Made by a program: the position numbers and the translations under genes. The notes beneath the pieces were generated by a model. It did no database searches. It was not told where the DNA came from and saw only the letters and a program-made list of their open reading frames with translations. Below, piece by piece: positions 1 to 15,165 of a stretch of 64,000 bases of DNA. Position 1 is the first letter of the stretch. Every line of letters begins with the position of its first letter. Source of the DNA: Escherichia coli (GTDB taxonomy: Bacteria > Pseudomonadota > Gammaproteobacteria > Enterobacterales > Enterobacteriaceae). The stretch lies in assembly GCF_001677475.2 (NCBI RefSeq), contig NZ_CP015229.1; one strand, written 5' to 3'.

Positions 1-262
1 CGCTCGGGTCTTATTGCAAAAAAGGCCGAGGGAAGGCTGGCTAACCACGGATGCATTTCTTTACTGGGCGCAGCAGGATTTCTCCGGCGTGAAGCCTCTG
101 GTTGCTCAGGTGAAAGGGCATCTCTTTCCCTATAGCCGCTATTTTACGCTGAGTACGGAAAGTATCAGCGACGAACAATCCCAAGGATGGCAAAGCCATA
201 TTTTCTTCAACCGTAAACAGCAGAGCGCCCAAATCTATCGGCGTACGCTGCAACTCTACTAA
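1..262 (+). CDS. gspK: Type II secretion minor pseudopilin GspK, C-terminal fragment (gene starts upstream of window)
   Basis: Frame open from window start to stop at 260-262; position immediately upstream of gspL-gspM-gspO. Confidence 0.6.
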   Translation, partial: ARVLLQKRPREGWLTTDAFLYWAQQDFSGVKPLVAQVKGHLFPYSRYFTLSTESISDEQSQGWQSHIFFNRKQQSAQIYRRTLQLY

Positions 263-273
263 TCATAAGGATC

Positions 274-1440
274 GTGATGCCTGAATCGTTGATGGTTATA
301 CGTTCTTCCTCGACGCTGCGTAAGCATTGGGAATGGATGACGTTCTCCGCAGATAGCGTATCTTCGGTACATACGCTCACAGACGATCTTCCGCTGGAGT
401 CGCTGGCCGATCAGCCCGGTGCCGGAAATGTTCATCTTTTGATCCCACCAGAGGGCCTTTTATATCGTTCCCTCACGCTGCCCAACGCCAAATACAAACT
501 CACCGCACAAACATTACAATGGCTGGCAGAGGAGACGTTACCCGACAACACCCAGGACTGGCACTGGACGGTTGTCGATAAACAAAACGAAAGTGTCGAG
601 GTGATAGGCATTCAGTCGGAGAAACTCAGTCGTTATCTTGAGCGTTTACATACTGCCGGACTCAACGTGACGCGGGTTTTGCCAGATGGCTGCTATCTTC
701 CCTGGGAAGTAAATAGCTGGACTCTGGTTAACCAGCAAACAAGCTGGCTCATTCGCAGTGCCGCACATGCCTTCAACGAACTGGATGAACACTGGTTAAA
801 GCATCTTGCTGCCCAGTTTCCGCCTGAGAATATGCTTTGTTATGGTGTAGCCCCTCACGGCGTTGCAGCGGCCAATCCACTTATCCAGCATCCTGAAATA
901 CAATCACTGAGTTTGTATTCTGCCGATATTGCATTCCAGCGCTATGACATGCTGCATGGTGTTTTTCGTAAACAGAAAACTGTAAGCAAATCGGGAAAAT
1001 GGCTCGCCCGCCTGGCAGTAAGCTGTCTCGTTCTCGCCATTCTTTCTTTTGTTGGCAGCCGGAGCATCGCGCTCTGGCATACGCTTAAGATTGAAGATCA
1101 ACTTCAGCAACAACAGCAAGAAACCTGGCAACGTTATTTCCCGCAGATCAAACGCACCCACAACTTTCGTTTTTACTTTAAGCAGCAACTCGATCAGCAA
1201 TATCCTGAAGCTGTGCCGTTGCTCTATCATTTACAAACACTTCTGCTGGAACACCCTGAACTGCAGTTAATGGAGGCTAACTATAGCCAGAAGCAAAAGT
1301 CGCTGACCTTAAAAATGAGTGCTAAGAGTGAAGCCAATATCGATCGTTTCTGTGAGTTAACACAGTCCTGGCTTCCGATGGAAAAAACAGAAAAAGATCC
1401 GGTCAGTGGTGTATGGACAGTAAGGAACTCAGGGAAATGA
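274..1440 (+). CDS. gspL: Type II secretion system protein GspL
   Basis: 388-aa ORF; length and position match GspL; single predicted TM segment mid-protein; followed by overlapping gspM. Confidence 0.8.
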   Translation: MMPESLMVIRSSSTLRKHWEWMTFSADSVSSVHTLTDDLPLESLADQPGAGNVHLLIPPEGLLYRSLTLPNAKYKLTAQTLQWLAEETLPDNTQDWHWTVVDKQNESVEVIGIQSEKLSRYLERLHTAGLNVTRVLPDGCYLPWEVNSWTLVNQQTSWLIRSAAHAFNELDEHWLKHLAAQFPPENMLCYGVAPHGVAAANPLIQHPEIQSLSLYSADIAFQRYDMLHGVFRKQKTVSKSGKWLARLAVSCLVLAILSFVGSRSIALWHTLKIEDQLQQQQQETWQRYFPQIKRTHNFRFYFKQQLDQQYPEAVPLLYHLQTLLLEHPELQLMEANYSQKQKSLTLKMSAKSEANIDRFCELTQSWLPMEKTEKDPVSGVWTVRNSGK

Positions 1441-1898
1441 TTAAATCATGGTGGGCAGAAAAATCCACATCGGAAAAACAGATCGTTGCGGCACTGGCGG
1501 TTCTCTCGCTCGGCGTTTTTTGTTGGCTTGGGGTGATAAAACCGATAGATACCTACATTGCAGAGCATCAGTCCCACGCGCAAAAAATTAAGAAGGACAT
1601 CAAATGGATGCAGGATCAAGCGAGCACCCATGGTTTACTTGGTCATCCTGCGCTTACGCAGCCCATCAAAAATATCCTTCTCGAGGAAGCAAAACGTGAG
1701 AATTTGACTATCACGCTGGAAAACGGTCCGGACAATACTCTGACAATTCATCCTGTCACAGCTCCCCTCGAAAACGTCTCCCGCTGGCTCACTACGGCAC
1801 AGATAATACACGGTATTGTTATTGAAGATCTTCAGTTTACTCTTGTCGGAAACGAAGAGATCACCCTCAAGCATTTGTCCTTCAGGGAGCAACAATAA
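1437..1898 (+). CDS. gspM: Type II secretion system protein GspM
   Basis: ORF 1413-1898; likely start MIKSWWAEK at 1437 overlapping gspL stop; N-terminal TM helix. Confidence 0.75.
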   Translation: MIKSWWAEKSTSEKQIVAALAVLSLGVFCWLGVIKPIDTYIAEHQSHAQKIKKDIKWMQDQASTHGLLGHPALTQPIKNILLEEAKRENLTITLENGPDNTLTIHPVTAPLENVSRWLTTAQIIHGIVIEDLQFTLVGNEEITLKHLSFREQQ

Positions 1899-2575
1899 TG
1901 GCAATGCTACTGCCGCTCTTCATTCTGGTTGGTTTTATTGCAGGTTATTTTGTTAATGCCATGGCCTATCACCTCTCGCCTTTGGAGGATAAAACGGCGT
2001 TAACGTTTCGCCAGGTATTGGTTCATTTCCGGCAAAAAAAATATGCCTGGAATGATACAGTGCCCCTGATACTTTGTGTTGCTGCTGCTATCGCCTGCGC
2101 CCTGGCACCTTTCACGCCCATCGTGACTGGCGCACTCTTTCTCTATTTCTGTTTCGTACTCACGCTCAGTGTTATTGATTTTCGCACTCAGCTCCTGCCC
2201 GACAAACTCACCTTACCGCTGCTCTGGCTTGGCTTGGTATTTAATGCGCAGTATGGATTAATTGATTTACATGATGCGGTTTACGGCGCGGTAGCGGGCT
2301 ATGGGGTGCTGTGGTGTGTTTACTGGGGCGTCTGGTTAGTTTGTCACAAAGAGGGATTGGGCTACGGTGATTTCAAGCTACTGGCCGCTGCAGGCGCATG
2401 GTGTGGCTGGCAAACGTTGCCAATGATACTGCTGATTGCCTCGCTGGGTGGCATTGGTTACGCCATCGTTTCACAACTTCTGCAACGCCGGACTATAACC
2501 ACTATCGCATTCGGCCCGTGGCTTGCGCTCGGCAGCATGATAAACCTGGGGTATCTGGCCTGGATCTCTTATTAA
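1898..2575 (+). CDS. gspO: Prepilin leader peptidase/N-methyltransferase (A24 family)
   Basis: 225-aa polytopic membrane ORF with GYGDFKLL motif typical of prepilin peptidases; start overlaps gspM stop. Confidence 0.85.
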   Translation: MAMLLPLFILVGFIAGYFVNAMAYHLSPLEDKTALTFRQVLVHFRQKKYAWNDTVPLILCVAAAIACALAPFTPIVTGALFLYFCFVLTLSVIDFRTQLLPDKLTLPLLWLGLVFNAQYGLIDLHDAVYGAVAGYGVLWCVYWGVWLVCHKEGLGYGDFKLLAAAGAWCGWQTLPMILLIASLGGIGYAIVSQLLQRRTITTIAFGPWLALGSMINLGYLAWISY

Positions 2576-2603
2576 CCGGGAGGGTTCTCCCTCCCGACAC
2601 GGC

Positions 2604-3080
2604 TCAACCTTCTTCGCGGATCTGTGCTTGCAGATAATTTTGCAGGCCCATCTTCTGAATCAGATCAAGTTCCGTTTCCAGCCAGTCGATATGGCCTTCT
2701 TCATCACGCAAAATTTCTATCATCATATCGCGGCTGACGTAATCATGAACGCTATCGGCATAACCAATTGCCTCACGCAAATTCTTCGCGCCATCCAGCT
2801 CAAGTGCCAGATCAGAACGCAGCATTTCCTCAACATCCTCACCAATGTTCAGTTTGCCCAGGTCCTGTAAATTTGGAAGACCTTCCAGAAAAAGAATGCG
2901 CTCAATATAACGATCGGCGTGTTTCATCTCATCAATGGATTCATGATACTCCACATCATTGAGACGTTTGAGACCCCAGTTTTTAAACATTCGGGCATGG
3001 AGAAAGTACTGATTGATTGCGACAAGCTCATTTCCCAACAGTTTGTTGAGATAATTTATAACCTTAGTATCACCTTTCAT
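2604..3080 (-). CDS. bfr: Bacterioferritin
   Basis: 158-aa ORF starting [36 protein letters not shown], recognised as Bfr. Confidence 0.95.
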
Positions 3081-3151
3081 TTTTTGACTCCTTCGCTTCC
3101 ACTCTTTGAAGCGTAGAACGGCTTACGAGTAAGTCAAAAAACACACTCCGT

Positions 3152-3346
3152 TTATGCGGACTCCTTAAACTCCGGCAACTGCATTAATTCATCCTCCATC
3201 ACTTCACGCGCGGCCCGGACACATTTACCGCACTGATTGCCGACCGGAATAAATTTTTTTAATTGCTGGAACGAGTGAGGAGAAAACTGGCGCACAGCCT
3301 GACGAATTTTTTTATCGCTGATACCATTACAAAGACAAACGTACAT
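3152..3346 (-). CDS. bfd: Bacterioferritin-associated ferredoxin
   Basis: 64-aa ORF MYVCLCNGISD...CGKC with Cys spacing of a 2Fe-2S BFD domain; immediately upstream of bfr. Confidence 0.9.
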   Translation of the reverse strand: MYVCLCNGISDKKIRQAVRQFSPHSFQQLKKFIPVGNQCGKCVRAAREVMEDELMQLPEFKESA

Positions 3347-3514
3347 AGAGACTCCCGTATACTTTCTTCAAAAATAAATGAAAATAGTTCTTATTTCAAT
3401 TACGGAAAGACTCTTTTTTAAGCAAAGAATAGAAATATGAATAAAAATAATGGGCTACCAAAAGTAGCCCATTGACAAAAAATGCGGCGATACCGGAAGG
3501 TATCGCCAACACAT

Positions 3515-6217
3515 TTATTGCTTAGTAAACGGCGCGAAGATTTCGCTAAATGCGTACTTCGGTGCCTGTTCTTTAGTCAGGCCGTGGAATTCCGGAGACA
3601 GGTTAGTGCCGCCTGGCAGGTCGCGCGCGATTGACCAGATACCAACCATACCGAGATTACGCTTCTGCGCATCCTGCATGACCAGACGAGCATCAGAGAG
3701 ATAGAACACCTCGCCCTGAACGTCGTTCACGCCAACCATCGGCGTGGTACCCATCATAGCGTCAATTTCTGCATCGCTCTTGTTGGGATGGAGGCCTTTC
3801 AATTGTGAATGCAGGTTGGCAATCGCAGACGTTGCACACTTACCGTGAATGTTCTGGCCTTCGGTATTTGCAGACTGACAAATCGCGTTACCGTAGTCCA
3901 TTGTCATCACGTTCACACCCGCCAGCTCAACACCTTTCGCTTTGGCATCGCTCAGGACATTCATCCCTTCCGGCGTCAGGCCAGTCGGCAGAATTGGCAA
4001 GGTGTACCAGATAGCAATATCTTTGCCTTCTGACTTCCATTTATCCTGCACTTTCTTCACAGCAAGGTTACGACGTTCAATAGATGCCTGATCCGCAACC
4101 CAGGTGCCTTCGATATCGAAGTCCAGGACTCTGAGGTTCAGGTTATCAACGATGTCATAATAATGCTGCATCAGATCGTCTACGTTCTTACAGGAAGCAG
4201 CCAGCGGAGCGTTGTTAGCACCACCGATAGACAGCATCACATCGCCGCCAGCCTCACGCAGGGCTTTGATTTTGCTGTACTGAGCGTAATTTTGCATACC
4301 ATAAGCGGTACCCCATGTCGGCAGACAGGTGTTCGCATCTTTACTCACCACAAACGCCAGCGTGAAGTGGTTGACGTTATGATTCTTAGCCAGCGCAGCC
4401 AGATCCGGGATCGTATTCAGCGTAAAGTCAACATACGGTGCATAAACGTGTTTCGGCCACGCTTTCTTCGGCGTACCTACACGTTCTTTGGTTCCGGTCC
4501 AGTCAACAAAAACACGCCACGGGTTGCTGTCAGAAGGAGAAACTTTCTGCACTTTACTCTGAGAAATGTAGTTCGCACCGTTAAAGCGAATCAGCGTATC
4601 GCTGGTATAAAGCGTTTCTGGATTAAACTGCGGCGCATTATTCAGCTCTTCGTTGCTATAGCTCTGAGCCTTACCTAACGGCTTCCACGGGCGGCTATTG
4701 CTACCGGTGGCGTTTTGGTTCGCAACCAGAGCAGGGTTGTCACTTTGCGTCCAGAACAGCGCTTCATAAGCCTGCCCATCAACAACAACGCGATCACCTT
4801 TCACGTACACAGTGGATGCGGACCATGCTTTCGCCGGTTCGTATTTCTTCCACGGGTTATCACCGCCTGGGACAAAGCCCCATGCGTCTTGATCGACAGA
4901 AGTTTTATAATGTGCATCGTTATAATCTACGATGCTGTCCGCGCTGTACGCTTTGCTGGCCTGGAAACCATCCGCAACAATGACGCCGCCGTTATCAATT
5001 TCACAGGTAGTCGGGTTACCGTACTGACTCAATTCCGCAGCGGTAGCTGTACGCACGAGACGCCATGGGTTATTGGAGTTTTCAGCGCTGGTACCCCGTG
5101 GGCAATCTTTAGACCCAACCCACCAGGCGTTCTTGTAAACATTACCATTGAAAATAACATGGTAAATTTCGCTACCTTCCTGGCCGCTCCACGCTTGCAA
5201 TGAGTAATCGTTACCGCTATCCGCTGGTGTTGATGGCTCGTTGTTATCCGGAGTTGGGGTAACCGGAGTTTCTGGTGTTTCCGGAGTTGGATCAACCGGA
5301 GTCACAGCACCGCCATTATTATCCGGCTTAACGGAACAGGAGCCAGGGTTACCATACTGACTGATTTCTGTTGCCGTTGCCGTGCGAACATAACGCCATG
5401 GGTTACTGGCATCGTTTTCTTTCGCATCGCCTGGGCAATTTGCCGCGCCTACCCACCAGGCGTTCTTATAAATGCCGCCGTTGTAGATAACGTACCATGT
5501 AGAAGAACCTTCCTGACCTTTCCAGGCTACGACAGCATAGTTGTCGTTTGACTTATCAGCTGGGGCTGGCTGAACATCAGGAGCCGGTTTAACGTCCGGT
5601 GCCGGTTTCACATCCGGTGCAGGCTGTGGTGCTGAAGTACAGGACTGTGGATTACTGGTTTGCGTGATTTCCGTTGCCGTAGCGGCACGAACATAACGCC
5701 ATGGGTTGCTGGCATCATTGCCTTTCGCATCACCCGGGCAGTTAGAAGAGGCTACCCACCAGGCATTTTTATATACCGCACCATTAAAGACGACATACCA
5801 GGTCTGACCGCCCTGCTGTTTATTCCAGGCAACTACAGAAGAATTAGACGGAACAGTGCCCTGTGCTGGTGTAGCCGAACCGCCATTAGCCGGCGTATTG
5901 GATGCAGGCGTATTTGAATTTGAAGAAGATGAGCTGCCGCTCTTTTCGCAGGAAAGTGTATTGCCATACTGACTAATTTCAGCAGCTGTCGCGGTACGCT
6001 TTAAACGCCACGGGTTAGTTGCATCATTTGCTTTCGCTTTTCCCGGGCAATTTGTAGAAGAAACCCACCAGGCATTTTCATAAATTTTGCCATCGAAAAT
6101 AACCTGATATTTATTACCACCTTGTTGGTTATTCCATGCTTCCATTGCCAATGCTGGCAGAGCGGAACACACCAGCCCCATACCAATCATAGATTTAGTA
6201 AATATATTTAATTTCAT
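3515..6217 (-). CDS. chiA: Periplasmic endochitinase with N-terminal signal peptide and tandem carbohydrate-binding modules
   Basis: 900-aa ORF; signal peptide; four ~65-aa tandem repeats (AWxxQQGG...NAWWV...NPWR...C) plus further chitin-binding-like modules; C-terminal catalytic domain with DFDIEG motif. Confidence 0.9.
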   Translation of the reverse strand: MKLNIFTKSMIGMGLVCSALPALAMEAWNNQQGGNKYQVIFDGKIYENAWWVSSTNCPGKAKANDATNPWRLKRTATAAEISQYGNTLSCEKSGSSSSSNSNTPASNTPANGGSATPAQGTVPSNSSVVAWNKQQGGQTWYVVFNGAVYKNAWWVASSNCPGDAKGNDASNPWRYVRAATATEITQTSNPQSCTSAPQPAPDVKPAPDVKPAPDVQPAPADKSNDNYAVVAWKGQEGSSTWYVIYNGGIYKNAWWVGAANCPGDAKENDASNPWRYVRTATATEISQYGNPGSCSVKPDNNGGAVTPVDPTPETPETPVTPTPDNNEPSTPADSGNDYSLQAWSGQEGSEIYHVIFNGNVYKNAWWVGSKDCPRGTSAENSNNPWRLVRTATAAELSQYGNPTTCEIDNGGVIVADGFQASKAYSADSIVDYNDAHYKTSVDQDAWGFVPGGDNPWKKYEPAKAWSASTVYVKGDRVVVDGQAYEALFWTQSDNPALVANQNATGSNSRPWKPLGKAQSYSNEELNNAPQFNPETLYTSDTLIRFNGANYISQSKVQKVSPSDSNPWRVFVDWTGTKERVGTPKKAWPKHVYAPYVDFTLNTIPDLAALAKNHNVNHFTLAFVVSKDANTCLPTWGTAYGMQNYAQYSKIKALREAGGDVMLSIGGANNAPLAASCKNVDDLMQHYYDIVDNLNLRVLDFDIEGTWVADQASIERRNLAVKKVQDKWKSEGKDIAIWYTLPILPTGLTPEGMNVLSDAKAKGVELAGVNVMTMDYGNAICQSANTEGQNIHGKCATSAIANLHSQLKGLHPNKSDAEIDAMMGTTPMVGVNDVQGEVFYLSDARLVMQDAQKRNLGMVGIWSIARDLPGGTNLSPEFHGLTKEQAPKYAFSEIFAPFTKQ

Positions 6218-6458
6218 TATAATCCCTTGTGACGTAAAAACTGCAAAACAGAAGTCCTACGCAGGAATTATTTACGTTTTACGAGAACCCTTCAATATGA
6301 ATTAAATTACGGCATTAAAAATAAGAAAAAAGCCTGACAAATGAAGCATTTTAAAAACAGAAACATTCACATTTAAAATATTAAATTGAATTGATATTTT
6401 AAATATGAATAATTTATTCGTTCTGACAGTACGAATAAATTATGCAGTCAACAAATGC

Positions 6459-6484
6459 AAAAAGGGCGCCGAAGCGCCCTTTTC
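6459..6484 (-). terminator. Rho-independent terminator downstream of tufA
   Basis: GC stem gggcgc/gcgccc with cgaa loop followed by T-run on minus strand, 25 bp past tufA stop. Confidence 0.75.
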
Positions 6485-6508
6485 AATTCAAAACTAATTA
6501 ACGTGTAA

Positions 6509-7750
<1,242 letters not shown>

Positions 7751-7763
7751 TTAACCCTGAGGC

Positions 7764-9890
<2,127 letters not shown>

Positions 9891-9974
9891 TTATCTTTTA
9901 GGCGTTCAATTTAAGTAGCCCAAAGCGGGCTGCTTACTGGAAGCGCCCGCCTGGTGACTAAAACTCCGAAGGGA

Positions 9975-10460
<486 letters not shown>

Positions 10461-10541
10461 TTAATTCAGGATTGTCCAAAACTCTACGAGTTTAGTTTGA
10501 CATTTAAGTTAAAACGTTTGGCCTTACTTAACGGAGAACCA

Positions 10542-11018
<477 letters not shown>

Positions 11019-11041
11019 AGAAATATACAACGATCCCGCCA

Positions 11042-11329
11042 TCACCAGGCCATCTGGCTGGAGTGCTTAACCGTAAGTCTGACGAAATCAGTATAGTCAA
11101 TGGGAATGATGTCGTTCGAAATTTGACCAGTCAAACCGCGGGCAATAAGGTCTTCGTTCAGGGCATAGACCTTAATGGGGGCATTACGCAGACTTTCAAG
11201 GTAGCGGTTACCGTCAACTGCGGCAGTTACGCCATCTTGCAATAATAGCAGTTCGTCGCCTTCACTGAACAGACGCAGCAGCGCAGCAAAATCCGTCAGC
11301 CAGGGTGAACGATGTAATGTGTGCAGCAT
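11042..11329 (-). CDS. tusB: Sulfurtransferase complex subunit TusB
   Basis: 95-aa ORF; position and size in tusBCD operon upstream of rpsL. Confidence 0.85.
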   Translation of the reverse strand: MLHTLHRSPWLTDFAALLRLFSEGDELLLLQDGVTAAVDGNRYLESLRNAPIKVYALNEDLIARGLTGQISNDIIPIDYTDFVRLTVKHSSQMAW

Positions 11330-11335
11330 AACGCC

Positions 11336-11694
11336 TCAAAACCTCAAAATAACATCGTAGTTGGCGAGTTCGCGGCGTAAGGCATCTGCTTCGAGCGGAG
11401 TGGCTTCGACCACAAAGGGTGTCTGCGGATCTAACCCGCGTTCGCGCAGTGAAGCCGCACAAACCCAGCACTGTTCAATGTCGTACAGACCCAACAATTT
11501 AAAAGTGGCAATGTAATCACGCGCCAGCACTGCATCGGGCTTTTGTCCTTGCAGCAGCTGAAAAACGCCATCAGCAATAAAGAAGACGGCCAGATCGTCA
11601 GTTAATGCGGAAGTTGCCAGTAAAGCATCTAAACCTTCCCGACCAGCAGCTGTACCATGAGGTGCAGTAGAAAAAACAAACGCAATTCGTTTCA

Positions 11695-11695
<1 letters not shown>
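11336..11695 (-). CDS. tusC: Sulfurtransferase complex subunit TusC
   Basis: 119-aa DsrF-like ORF; operon position. Confidence 0.85.
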
Positions 11696-12803
<1,108 letters not shown>

Positions 12804-12930
12804 GAAAAAAAACACTCCTTTTCAGGAGCCTGTCGTTAACTTTTCAGGGCAGGCTCATTAATGATGCGGGTAACTAAATTAATACAGCGGAGGTTCCGCT
12901 TTCCAGCACTAATTATATCCGGCCTGTAAT

Positions 12931-12964
12931 AAAAAAACCGCCGCCTGGTCAGGCGGCGGTTCTT
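12931..12964 (-). terminator. Rho-independent terminator downstream of fkpA
   Basis: 10-bp perfect stem accgccgcct/aggcggcggt followed by T7 run on minus strand. Confidence 0.8.
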
Positions 12965-12969
12965 AATGC

Positions 12970-13782
12970 TTATTTTTTAGCAGAATCTGCGGCTTTCGCA
13001 TCAGCTTCCGGCTTTGCATCAGCCTTCGGCGCTGGTTTCACATCCAGCAGCTCTACGTCAAACACCAGGGTAGAATTCGGTGGGATCCCCGGAACACCCG
13101 CTTTGCCGTAAGCCAGTTCTGGTGGAATAACCAGTTTGATCTTACCGCCTTTCTTGATGTTCTTCAGACCTTCTGTCCAACCCGGAATAACACCGTCCAG
13201 ACGGAAAGAGAGCGGTTCACCACGAGTGTAAGAGTTGTCGAACTCTTTACCGTCGATCAGCGTACCTTTGTAGTTCACTACAACAGTATCGCTGTCTTTC
13301 GGTGCTTCGCCTTTACCGGCTTCTACTACCTGATAAACCAGACCAGTGGAAGAGGTTTTCACACCTTTCTCTTTGGCAAATTTCTCGCGGTACTCTTTAC
13401 CTTTCGCTTCGTTATCTGCCGCGTCTTTTTCCATCTTCGCCTGAGCAGAAGACTTCACGCGAGCTTCGAATGCTTGCAGAGTCTGTTCGATCTCTTGGTC
13501 GGAGAGTTTGCTCTTATCAGCAAATGCATCCTGAACACCCGCGATCAGCTGATCTTTATCCAGTTTGATGCCCAGTTTTTCTTGTTCTTTAAGAGAGTTT
13601 TCCATGTAACGACCCAGCGAAGCACCCAGTGCATAAGCTGATTTCTGATCGTCATTTTTGAACGCTGCTTTGCTGTCAGCAGTTGTAGCAGGTTTTGCAG
13701 CTTCAGCAGCAAAAGTGATCGGTGCATGCAGGGCAACGGCCATTGTAGTCGCCAGCAGCGTTACTTTAAACAGTGATTTCAT
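12970..13782 (-). CDS. fkpA: Periplasmic FKBP-type peptidyl-prolyl isomerase FkpA
   Basis: 270-aa ORF with signal peptide and FKBP domain (GKEFDNSY...LVFDVELL). Confidence 0.95.
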   Translation of the reverse strand: MKSLFKVTLLATTMAVALHAPITFAAEAAKPATTADSKAAFKNDDQKSAYALGASLGRYMENSLKEQEKLGIKLDKDQLIAGVQDAFADKSKLSDQEIEQTLQAFEARVKSSAQAKMEKDAADNEAKGKEYREKFAKEKGVKTSSTGLVYQVVEAGKGEAPKDSDTVVVNYKGTLIDGKEFDNSYTRGEPLSFRLDGVIPGWTEGLKNIKKGGKIKLVIPPELAYGKAGVPGIPPNSTLVFDVELLDVKPAPKADAKPEADAKAADSAKK

Positions 13783-14002
13783 CCATATCTCCAGGATCGG
13801 GGCATCTCACCCCAGGGTTAACTATTATCAGAAGGGTACTATAAAGCGTTGTCGAACAAATCTACATACAGACACGCCCTATTATCATCTATTTTCAGAC
13901 TCTTTTTGTTTAAATTAGTTTCGATGACCGCGAAATGAGTGCTGTCTCGGGCGGCAAAGTTAAGTAGAATCCGCGGCGACCATTCGACAAAAGAGGTGAA
14001 TC

Positions 14003-14221
14003 ATGCAGGATTTATCATTGGAAGCACGCCTGGCAGAGCTGGAGAGCCGACTGGCTTTTCAGGAAATCACCATTGAAGAACTGAACGTCACGGTGACCGC
14101 TCATGAAATGGAGATGGCGAAACTGCGCGATCATCTGCGTCTGCTGACCGAGAAGCTAAAAGCCAGCCAGCCGTCGAACATCGCGTCGCAGGCTGAAGAA
14201 ACGCCACCGCCACATTATTGA
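14003..14221 (+). CDS. slyX: Protein SlyX
   Basis: 72-aa coiled-coil [31 protein letters not shown]. Confidence 0.9.
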
Positions 14222-14225
14222 GGCG

Positions 14226-14256
14226 TAAAAAAAGCGGGGATTCCCCCGCTTTTTTG
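14226..14256. terminator. Bidirectional rho-independent terminator between convergent slyX and slyD
   Basis: gcgggg-attc-ccccgc hairpin flanked by A7 on one side and T6 on the other. Confidence 0.75.
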
Positions 14257-14270
14257 TCACTTTTTCGGTA

Positions 14271-14861
14271 TTAGTGGCAACCGCAACCGCCGTTACCTTT
14301 ACCGCCGCAGCAGCCTTCGCCGCCGTGTTCATGACCGTGATCGTGGCCATGACCACCGCAGCAACCGTCGTGGTCGTGATCGTGGTGATGATCGTGCGCA
14401 CCGTGAACGTGGCCATGAGCCAGTTCTTCTTCAGTCGCTTCGCGAATCGCCACAACTTCAACGTTGAATTTCAGGTTCTGACCGGCCAGCATGTGGTTAC
14501 CATCAACCACGACGTGATCGTCTTCAACCGCAGTGATTTCAACCGGTACCGGCCCCTGGTCAGTTTCAGCCAGGAAACGCATGCCTACCTGCAGTTCATC
14601 AACGCCCATAAATACGTCTTTAGGAACGCGTTGCACCAGGTTTTCGTCGTACTGACCGTAAGCGTCGTTCGCGCCAACAGCGACATCAAATTTGTCGCCA
14701 ACTTCGTGACCTTCCAGCGCCGTTTCCAGGCCAGAGATCAGGGAACCGTGACCATGCAGGTAGTCCAGCGGCGCACTCACCGGAGACTCATCAACCAACA
14801 CACCGTCTTCTGTACGTACCTGATAGGCCAGGCTGACCACCAGGTCTTTTGCTACTTTCAT
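14271..14861 (-). CDS. slyD: FKBP-type PPIase / metallochaperone SlyD with His/Cys-rich C-terminal tail
   Basis: 196-aa ORF MKVAKDLVVSLAYQVRTEDG...; C-terminus HGHVHGAHDHHHDHDHDGCCGGHGHDHGHEHGGEGCCGG. Confidence 0.95.
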   Translation of the reverse strand: MKVAKDLVVSLAYQVRTEDGVLVDESPVSAPLDYLHGHGSLISGLETALEGHEVGDKFDVAVGANDAYGQYDENLVQRVPKDVFMGVDELQVGMRFLAETDQGPVPVEITAVEDDHVVVDGNHMLAGQNLKFNVEVVAIREATEEELAHGHVHGAHDHHHDHDHDGCCGGHGHDHGHEHGGEGCCGGKGNGGCGCH

Positions 14862-14955
14862 GATATCTCCTGAGCATGGGAAGAATAGTGGCGCAGATTG
14901 TAGCGGAATTCTGCAGCCGTGTACTCACTAGCTTAAAAAAACTCGGCGCATATCG

Positions 14956-15156
14956 CTAGTCCGGATGAAAAATCCCGATCACTTGCTCATCTTTGCGAAC
15001 GTGATCGCGGGCTTCTTTGTCCGCTTCTCGCATCTGATGTCCGCACTTAACACATTCAACAATATCAATATTATTTTCGCGCCACATCGCCATTGAATCC
15101 TGCGCCTGACAGGCCGGGCATTTTGCGCCCGCAATAAAACGTTTTCGGATTGCCAT
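14956..15156 (-). CDS. yheV: Small zinc-ribbon protein YheV
   Basis: 66-aa ORF with CPAC...CVKCGH motif. Confidence 0.85.
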   Translation of the reverse strand: MAIRKRFIAGAKCPACQAQDSMAMWRENNIDIVECVKCGHQMREADKEARDHVRKDEQVIGIFHPD

Positions 15157-15165
15157 CTTTACCCT

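Noticed and set aside
3360-3400. Possible Fur box upstream of bfd (aatgaaaatagttcttatttcaat)
   Set aside because: AT-rich with only loose resemblance to the GATAATGATAATCATTATC consensus; too weak to annotate without a matrix score.
14274-14873. 199-aa plus-strand ORF antisense to slyD
   Set aside because: Fully overlaps slyD on the opposite strand; repetitive His-codon complement produces a Val/Thr/Ala-rich nonsense product.
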